The position numbers and the translations under genes were made by a program. The notes beneath the pieces were generated by a model that did not search any database, was not told the DNA's origin, and worked only from the letters and a program-made list of their open reading frames with translations. This document shows, one piece after another, positions 9,154 through 15,751 of a stretch of 36,642 nt of DNA. Position 1 is the first letter of the stretch; every line of letters starts with the position of its first letter. This stretch comes from Anaerolineae bacterium. GTDB taxonomy: Bacteria; Chloroflexota; Anaerolineae; Aggregatilineales; Phototrophicaceae. The stretch spans positions 1-36,642 of the forward strand of contig JBGSRB010000435.1 in NCBI GenBank assembly GCA_041737735.1. Reading direction: 5' to 3'.

Positions 9154-10266
9154 ATGAATGTAGAGAAAGCCAAACCAACGCCCATGATCCGATCATTAGT
9201 GGCTCCCGCAGCAGCGCAGCCAGTCAAAGTTCTGCTCGCAGATGAAACCCTTGAGGCGGCAGTCGATGAGGATGTCGCACCCGAAAAACTCAAGCCACGC
9301 CGCAATTTGCCCATAGAGAAGCTCGAACAGGCTTGGCATGATGATCAGATGATGTGGATCGATGTGGTCAACCCCGAAGACGAGGAAATCGACTGGTTGG
9401 AAAACCTGCTGCATCTAAGTCCGGCGGTTGCAAGCGATTTAAGGCGTGAAGATCGCCGCCCGTCGATGTTGGTCTACAATGATTATCTGTTCCTCTCACT
9501 GTTTCAGCCCCATATACAGGTGCAAAAGCAAGTTGCCAATGGCGGCGGAATTCATGTGCGCGGCAAAGAAATCCACTGCTTGATCGGGGAGCATTATTTC
9601 GTCACCGTGCGCCGATCCGACGCGAAAGCGGTCGATGAAGCCTATGATCGTGTGGCGCAGAATGCCGATGTGTGGCATCGTGGCGTGGCGTATTTTCTGT
9701 ATCTGACCGCGCAGCATGTGGTCGATGCCTACTATCCCCTGTTAGATCGCATCAGCAATCTGCTGAACGACTATGAAGAACAAATGATGCTCGGCGGGCG
9801 CGCCGATCAACAAGCGCGCCGCCCGGTGTATCGCGTCAAGCAGCAGTTAATCCATCTGCGCCAGATGATCGCGCCGCAGCGCGAAGTGTTGTCCAACGTG
9901 ATTGGCGAACAGCGCCTAGCGGCGGATAGCGAAACGCGCGACCTGTTCCGGCATTTGTACGAGCGTTTGATGCGCGTCTACGATGTAATCGACTCGCAGC
10001 GCGATTTATCGAGCAACGTTCTCGACATGATCAGTAATCAAGAGTCGCGCAGTCTGGTGGAAGTCGTCAACCGCTTAACGATCTTCTCGATGGTGTTTCT
10101 ACCACTGACATTTTTCACCAACTTGTTCGAGTTGGGTTTCGTCACCACGATGGATCAGGTGATCCTGCCGATCAGCGGTGGGCTGCTGTTCGTCATTGTG
10201 ATCGGCATGATGATTGGCTCAGCCAGCTTCATGATCATCTACTTCAAGCGCCGCCGCTGGTTATAG
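9154..10266 (+). CDS. CorA/ZntB family divalent cation channel, atypical (GMN motif absent)
   Basis: WIDVVNP, VVDAYYP.LDRI, LRQMIAPQREVL, NRLTIFSMVFLPLTF, two C-terminal TMs ending YFKRRRWL. FELGF replaces YGMNF. Confidence 0.88.
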   Translation: MNVEKAKPTPMIRSLVAPAAAQPVKVLLADETLEAAVDEDVAPEKLKPRRNLPIEKLEQAWHDDQMMWIDVVNPEDEEIDWLENLLHLSPAVASDLRREDRRPSMLVYNDYLFLSLFQPHIQVQKQVANGGGIHVRGKEIHCLIGEHYFVTVRRSDAKAVDEAYDRVAQNADVWHRGVAYFLYLTAQHVVDAYYPLLDRISNLLNDYEEQMMLGGRADQQARRPVYRVKQQLIHLRQMIAPQREVLSNVIGEQRLAADSETRDLFRHLYERLMRVYDVIDSQRDLSSNVLDMISNQESRSLVEVVNRLTIFSMVFLPLTFFTNLFELGFVTTMDQVILPISGGLLFVIVIGMMIGSASFMIIYFKRRRWL

Positions 10267-10288
10267 CGCGGTCAGAAAGGCATAAACG

Positions 10289-11074
10289 ATGAGTCTTAGC
10301 GGAAAAGTTGGGTTAATCACGGGCGCGGGTTCGGGCATTGGCGAAGCCGCTGCGCTGCGTTTAGCAGCAGCAGGCATGAACGTTGGTCTGTTAGGACGTT
10401 CGGAAGACGAACTCGAAACGTTGGGACAACGCATCACGGCGCAGGGCGGCGGCGAAGCCCTCTCCCTGAGCGCGGATATATCGAACGTAGACGCTATGCA
10501 AAGTGCTGTCGCCAAGCTGGTCAAGCGCTTCGGGCGGCTCGATTTCGTGTTCGCCAACGCGGGCATCAACGGCGTGTGGGCGTCGCTCGAAGACCTGACA
10601 CCCGAAGATTGGGATACGACGCTTGACATCAACCTTAAAGGCACGTTCCTCACCGTGAAATACGCCCTGCCGCATTTGAAAGCGCGCGGCGGCTCGGTGG
10701 TGATCACGTCGTCGGTCAACGGCACGCGCATGTTCAGCAACACGGGCGCAACCGCCTATGCCTGCTCAAAGGCGGCGCAGGTGGCGTTCGCAAAAATGAT
10801 CGCCGTCGAATTGGGACAGCACCGCATCCGTGTAAACGTGATCTGCCCCGGCGCCATCAGCACCGAAATTGACGACAACACGGAACAGGTCGATCTGGAT
10901 GATATTCGCGTGCCGGTCGAGTTTCCGGAAGGACAAATTCCGCTGACAGGCGGCGAACCGGGAACATCGGAACAAGTTGCCGATCTGGTCTATTTTCTGG
11001 CATCTGACGCCAGCAGCCACATCAGCGGCACCGAAATCTGGATCGACGGCGCGCAGTCGCTGCTGCAAGGTTAA
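10289..11074 (+). CDS. Short-chain dehydrogenase/reductase (classical SDR)
   Basis: TGAGSGIG, NAGING, catalytic YACSK, IRVNVICPG. Confidence 0.93.
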   Translation: MSLSGKVGLITGAGSGIGEAAALRLAAAGMNVGLLGRSEDELETLGQRITAQGGGEALSLSADISNVDAMQSAVAKLVKRFGRLDFVFANAGINGVWASLEDLTPEDWDTTLDINLKGTFLTVKYALPHLKARGGSVVITSSVNGTRMFSNTGATAYACSKAAQVAFAKMIAVELGQHRIRVNVICPGAISTEIDDNTEQVDLDDIRVPVEFPEGQIPLTGGEPGTSEQVADLVYFLASDASSHISGTEIWIDGAQSLLQG

Positions 11075-11116
11075 TTAAGCCTAAGCACATTTTTGTACAC
11101 GCTCAGCCAAAAACAT

Positions 11117-11155
11117 AAAGAGGCGCTTCATCACCATGATGAAACGCCTCTTTTC
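11117..11155. terminator. Bidirectional intrinsic terminator between convergent genes
   Basis: AAAGAGGCGcTTCATCA / TGATGAAaCGCCTCTTT stem with A and T tracts on both sides. Confidence 0.8.
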
Positions 11156-11202
11156 TTACATTCCAGTTTCACGCATTCCAATTACACGTTGTTGCGCTTA
11201 CA

Positions 11203-12165
11203 TTAAGCCGTCGGTCGCAGATCACGGTCACGATCTTCATCAAGACCGGTTTCCTGCTTGAAATTTTCCACACCGACATAACCACCCGCACCTGCCGCGA
11301 ACGCGCCGACCACCATCGCCGCGAAAATCGCACCCGCCAGCAATGTGGTCGCATCAGCGACAGCTTGCGCGGCGCTGCGCGCTGCTGTTTCGGCGTCTTC
11401 ACGCACTTCAACGAACGCAGCTTCCCAGCGATCCAAGCGTTCACGTGCTTCTTGCGCTGACAGGTCAGTGCGTTCCGCGATCAAGGTCGCCAGATTTTCG
11501 CGATCTGTCTCGGTGATGTCATCCGGGTTGCTCATCAAGAACGTGCTGATCGCGCGATTCACCTCGAATTGATCGAGCGTCATCGGCGAGTCTGCCGCTA
11601 CCGCTTCGCCGTCAGCATTCTCGGTCGCGAACAGATCGCGCGCTTCATTTTGAATTGAGGTCAACGCACCGTCTTGCACATTGAGCGCGCTCGCCACTTC
11701 AGGCGCTACGTCAGCGGCGCCTGATACCACTGATGCGAACGCATTGGTCACACCATTGATGATGCTGCCGATTGAGGTGGTCAGCATAACCAGCGTGAGC
11801 GCCGTCACCACCGCCCACGTCACCAAACCATGCAGCACGCCGTCATCATCGTTGGCGATGCCCGACATGCGTCCGGCGGTGAAACCACCCAAAAACAAGC
11901 CGATCAAGGTGCTAGCGGCTAACCAAACCACCGTACCCGTGCCAAGCGCAGGTTCGATAGGATCAATTTCTTGCAACGGGTTGACCGTAGCTGCACCGAT
12001 TGCCAGCCCCAACATATAAAGCGCAAACATCGTCACTAAAGCGATTACCGCGCCCGCCAGAATCGCTGCCCATGACACGCGGCGCACGTGCGGCTGCACA
12101 ACCGTCGGATTGTAAACATCCGCACGGCTGTCTACGGTATAATTCGGTACAGGTCTAACTGCCAT
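11203..12165 (-). CDS. Conserved hypothetical membrane protein (VSW.AI.AG type, often seen in stress-gene clusters)
   Basis: Three N-terminal TMs (RRVSWAAILAGA..., GGFTAGR, GVLHGLVTWA), a helical soluble region and a C-terminal TM; AAGGA RBS. Family name not securely recognised. Confidence 0.75.
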   Translation of the reverse strand: MAVRPVPNYTVDSRADVYNPTVVQPHVRRVSWAAILAGAVIALVTMFALYMLGLAIGAATVNPLQEIDPIEPALGTGTVVWLAASTLIGLFLGGFTAGRMSGIANDDDGVLHGLVTWAVVTALTLVMLTTSIGSIINGVTNAFASVVSGAADVAPEVASALNVQDGALTSIQNEARDLFATENADGEAVAADSPMTLDQFEVNRAISTFLMSNPDDITETDRENLATLIAERTDLSAQEARERLDRWEAAFVEVREDAETAARSAAQAVADATTLLAGAIFAAMVVGAFAAGAGGYVGVENFKQETGLDEDRDRDLRPTA

Positions 12166-12230
12166 TTTATTTGTCCTTTATGAGGGATTTGCCCCCTTTA
12201 GAGATAAAGTGAGATCGAACAAGAATCGAA

Positions 12231-12261
12231 CCGCGCGCGCCATCTTGCTCAGCGCGCGCGG
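12231..12261. other. GC-rich stem-loop between the DUF1328 gene and the membrane-protein gene
   Basis: CCGCGCGCGC (12231-12240) / GCGCGCGCGG (12252-12261), extendable with flanking AATCGA/TCGATT. Confidence 0.55.
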
Positions 12262-12269
12262 AAATCGAT

Positions 12270-12434
12270 TTAGGTTAAAACGCGGCGTCCCAATAACAAC
12301 GCGCCCACAAACAGCACGAGGAACACGATAAACAGAATCTGCGCGATACTACTCGCCGTCCCTGCCACACCGCCGAAACCCAGTAGTCCCGCCACAACCG
12401 CGATGATCAGGAAGATAACTGCCCAGCGTAACAT
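12270..12434 (-). CDS. DUF1328 / UPF0391 (YtjA-like) small membrane protein, 54 aa, absent from the ORF track
   Basis: Manual translation [54 protein letters not shown]; GAAAGGA RBS; matches the family pattern ML.WA..F..IA..A..LGFGG.A..A..IA.ILF. Confidence 0.92.
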   Translation of the reverse strand: MLRWAVIFLIIAVVAGLLGFGGVAGTASSIAQILFIVFLVLFVGALLLGRRVLT

Positions 12435-12489
12435 GTTTTGTTATCCTTTCGCTTTCGAGCGATACTCATCCAACGTATGGATTAGTTAC

Positions 12490-12569
12490 ATTGTCCGTTA
12501 TAAACAGTGATTAAACACAAGCAGGATGCAGGGTTTTGGGCTAGGTCAAGTGGTGGGTTTTACGCTAGG
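12490..12569 (-). promoter_or_regulatory. CCACTTGACCTA box (12542-12553) plus putative -10 GACAAT (12490-12495) for the DUF1328 operon, with flanking direct repeats
   Basis: Exact 12-mer on the minus strand with a 46-nt gap to the hexamer; CCTAGCnnAAAACCC occurs twice, 24 nt apart (12531-12545, 12555-12569). Confidence 0.65.
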
Positions 12570-12669
12570 ACGTGATCGACGCGCTGCTAACCCGACAATG
12601 GCGCGCCGCTCGCCCAGTTGGTATCATGATGCGTTTAAGTTGAACAGATGTTAGTAAGGAACACGCCAC

Positions 12670-13656
12670 ATGGCACATGCTTTAATCACGGGCGGCGCGG
12701 GCTTCATCGGCAGCCACTTAGCCGAACGCCTGATCGCCGTCGGACATGAAGTGACCATCATCGATAACCTCAGCACGGGGCGGATTCAAAATCTCGCCGC
12801 GCTTGAAGGTCAACCGCGTTTTCACAGCGCCATTGAAGACATTCGCAACATCCATGTGATGGATCGCCTCGTCAGCGAGTGCGATCTGATCTTCCATCTC
12901 GCGGCTGCTGTCGGTGTCCAGCGCATCATCAGTGAACCTATCGAGACGATCGAAACCAACATCGGCGGCACGGAAGTCGTGCTGAAAACCGCGCGCCGCT
13001 ATCGCAAGAAGGTGCTGATCGCGTCAACCTCGGAAGTGTATGGCAAGGGTGTGCGCTTCCCTTTTCATGAGGACGACGATACCGTCAGCGGCGCGACCAC
13101 GCGCACCCGCTGGAGTTACGCTGCATCCAAAGCGATTGACGAATTTCTCGCGCTGGCATATCACCGTGAAGTCGATCTGCCTGTCGTGATCTTCCGCCTG
13201 TTCAACACGGTGGGTCCCCGTCAAAGCGGACAATATGGTATGGTGCTGCCGCGCTTCGTCCGTTGGGCGTTGGCGGGCGAACCGATTCGCGTGTATGGTG
13301 ATGGGGAACAGCAGCGCTGTTTCGGCAATGTCAGCGATGTGGTCACAGCAATTCACGGGCTAAGCGAAGCACCGCAGGCGGTCGGTCAGGTATTCAACAT
13401 CGGCAGCCAAGAGGAAATCACGATCCGGGCGCTGGCTGAGCGCGTGCGTGAGCGTGTCGGCAGCGACTCGTTGATCGAGTTTGTGCCGTATGATCAGGCG
13501 TATGAGGCAGGTTTTGAAGATTTTCGGCGGCGCGTTCCCGCTTTGGATAAAATCCGTTCGGCGCTAGAATGGGAACCAACGACAACACTTAACGACACCA
13601 TCGATCAGATTATCAGCTATCAGCGCGAGGAGATGCAACACAATGGCGGAGATTAA
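12670..13656 (+). CDS. NAD-dependent nucleotide-sugar epimerase/dehydratase (extended SDR)
   Basis: [40 protein letters not shown]; TAAGGA RBS. Confidence 0.92.
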   Translation: MAHALITGGAGFIGSHLAERLIAVGHEVTIIDNLSTGRIQNLAALEGQPRFHSAIEDIRNIHVMDRLVSECDLIFHLAAAVGVQRIISEPIETIETNIGGTEVVLKTARRYRKKVLIASTSEVYGKGVRFPFHEDDDTVSGATTRTRWSYAASKAIDEFLALAYHREVDLPVVIFRLFNTVGPRQSGQYGMVLPRFVRWALAGEPIRVYGDGEQQRCFGNVSDVVTAIHGLSEAPQAVGQVFNIGSQEEITIRALAERVRERVGSDSLIEFVPYDQAYEAGFEDFRRRVPALDKIRSALEWEPTTTLNDTIDQIISYQREEMQHNGGD

Positions 13657-14089
13657 TCGTAAGGAATTGGTTTTGGCGCTGGTGCAGGCGGGTCCCAACC
13701 CGCGCCTCGCCGGGGTCGATCTGACCGCGCTCGACATGACGCGCCTCGACTTAAGCGGTTCGAACTTACGCGGCGCAAATCTGCAAGCCAGCACGCTGCG
13801 CGAAGCCATTCTGCGCGGCGCAAACTTGTCCTTCGCTAGCCTGATCACGGTGCAGGGCGTCGGCGTCGATTTTGATGCCGCCAACCTCACGGGCGCGAAC
13901 CTGCAAGCCTCAAATTTGCAAAGCGCGCGCATCACCAACGCCAACCTGAGCAACGCCACGCTCAACGCCGCTAATCTGTTGGGCGCGAATCTCAAGGGCG
14001 CGATTGTGAATGGCGTTAAGTTTGACGAGAACACCACCTGGCCCGACGGCAAGAAGGGCAGCCAAAGCAGCCCGACCAACTACATTTAA
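13643..14089 (+). CDS. Pentapeptide repeat protein
   Basis: Tandem A(D/N)Lxx repeats (SNLRG ANLQA...ANLTG ANLQA SNLQS ARITN ANLSN...) ending T.WPDG; overlaps the epimerase stop by 14 nt. Confidence 0.9.
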   Translation: MAEINRKELVLALVQAGPNPRLAGVDLTALDMTRLDLSGSNLRGANLQASTLREAILRGANLSFASLITVQGVGVDFDAANLTGANLQASNLQSARITNANLSNATLNAANLLGANLKGAIVNGVKFDENTTWPDGKKGSQSSPTNYI

Positions 14090-14107
14090 GCGCTGATTTT
14101 TTTCGTA

Positions 14108-14135
14108 TAGGGCGCATGTGATTCGATGCGCCCTA
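14108..14135. repeat. Palindromic intergenic hairpin (REP-like)
   Basis: TAGGGCGCAT / ATGCGCCCTA perfect 10-bp inverted repeat; the stem core AGGGCGCA is shared with the hairpin at 151-177. Confidence 0.5.
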
Positions 14136-14246
14136 GCGCTTGATCCCCCACAAACTGCCCACATCAGGATAGCCCACCCCACCGCTGGCAGACCATGACG
14201 CTATGCGTTACACTCGTGGCAAATGTGACGCAAGGACATCATCATT

Positions 14247-14891
14247 ATGACTGATACGCTGGAGCAGATCGCCGCCGAAGTGCGCGTTTGCACTGCCTGC
14301 GATCTGCACCTTAACCGCATCCAAGCCGTGCCGGGCGCGGGCAATCCCAACGCGGACATTCTCTTTATTGGGGAAGGACCCGGCTTTAATGAAGATAAAC
14401 AGGGTTTACCTTTCGTCGGGCGCAGCGGACAGTATCTCGAAAAGCTGCTAGCGCTGATCGACTTGACGCGCGCCGACGTGTTCATTACCAACGTGGTTAA
14501 AAATCGCCCGCCCGACAACCGCGATCCGCTGCCTGCCGAGATTGCCGCCTGTGCGGTTTATCTCGACCGTCAAATCGCCGTGATCGACCCGCTGGTGATC
14601 GTCACGTTGGGGCGTTTCAGCATGGCGCGCTACTTCCCGAACAGCAAAATCACGCAGATTCACGGCAAGGCGAAAATTGAAAACGGGCGCGGTTATATTC
14701 CGTTGTTCCATCCGGCGGCGGTGCTGCGTAACCCGACGCTTGAGCCGCAGATGCAAGCCGATGTCCGTTCGATTCCGTTAGTGTTGGAGCAGGTACGCGC
14801 GGCGCGAACCGGCGAAAACAACCCGAACGCACCCACCACTACGACTCAACAAGACGATGATGCACCACCGATACAGCTTACGCTGTTTTAG
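14247..14891 (+). CDS. Uracil-DNA glycosylase, family 4
   Basis: C..C.L, GEGPG..ED.QG.PFVGRSG, TNVVK.RPP.NRDP, HPAAVLR; C-terminal QLTLF. Confidence 0.92.
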   Translation: MTDTLEQIAAEVRVCTACDLHLNRIQAVPGAGNPNADILFIGEGPGFNEDKQGLPFVGRSGQYLEKLLALIDLTRADVFITNVVKNRPPDNRDPLPAEIAACAVYLDRQIAVIDPLVIVTLGRFSMARYFPNSKITQIHGKAKIENGRGYIPLFHPAAVLRNPTLEPQMQADVRSIPLVLEQVRAARTGENNPNAPTTTTQQDDDAPPIQLTLF

Positions 14892-14913
14892 AACCACAAG
14901 GGATACATAAGCC

Positions 14914-15645
14914 ATGCTTAAGCTCGATCACATGATTCTCGCGGTGAACAATCTCGATCAGGCGGTGGAAAGTTATCGCGCACTCGGTTTTACCGTGATT
15001 TACGGCGGCAAGCACGCAAATAATGCCACGCATAATGCGCTGATCTGCTTTCGTGATGGCTCGTACCTTGAATTGATGGCGCTGACGGGTGAAAGCGTCG
15101 TGCCAGACATCATCGATTTTGGGCATTTGCTCATGGGTGGTGAGGGCATCGTCGGCTATGCCCTGCTGGTGGATGATCTTTCCGCGCACGCCGAACGCTT
15201 ACGCGCTGCTGGCTTGACGATCCGCGATCACACGGCGGGCGAACGCCTGCGCGCCGATGGTCAGCAAGTCGCGTGGACGCTGCTGACCACCGAAGAATAC
15301 GGTTTCGCGCCGCTGCTGCTCCAAGATGTGACGCCGCACAACTTACGCGTGCCAGATGACCGCGACACCACGCACCACGATAACACCGCGTATGGTCTGG
15401 CAGGCGTCACGCTGATCAGCGCTGATCCAGAAGCGGACGCGGCACGCTTGGCACTGATTCTCGGCATTGAAGCGAACGGGGATCACACGTTTACGCTCGC
15501 TGACGGTGTCTTGATCACGCTCAAGCATTATCCCAATGCCGACGCTGCCCGGCTTGAATCGATCACGCTGCGCTGCATTGATCATTTGCTCGATGAACGC
15601 ACCGAAGTGCATAACGCTGTGCTTCAGCCGCTGTATCCCGCGTGA
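14914..15645 (+). CDS. VOC / glyoxalase-like family protein
   Basis: LDHMILAV..L..A...Y..LGF....GG.H...T.NALI.F.DG.YLEL and G.R.R.DG....W motifs. Confidence 0.85.
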   Translation: MLKLDHMILAVNNLDQAVESYRALGFTVIYGGKHANNATHNALICFRDGSYLELMALTGESVVPDIIDFGHLLMGGEGIVGYALLVDDLSAHAERLRAAGLTIRDHTAGERLRADGQQVAWTLLTTEEYGFAPLLLQDVTPHNLRVPDDRDTTHHDNTAYGLAGVTLISADPEADAARLALILGIEANGDHTFTLADGVLITLKHYPNADAARLESITLRCIDHLLDERTEVHNAVLQPLYPA

Positions 15646-15751
15646 CATAGTGTTCGCGTGGTTGTTGGGGCAGAAACGCCCCTAGCCTTGCCCACGCGCA
15701 GCATCAATCAACTTCAACCACATAACAGCCCCGCGCTGAAGGAGTCGTGCC

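Noticed and set aside
13700-14020. Repetitive DNA resembling a short-repeat array
   Set aside because: Explained by pentapeptide-repeat coding; there are no identical repeats with unique spacers, so it is not a CRISPR array.
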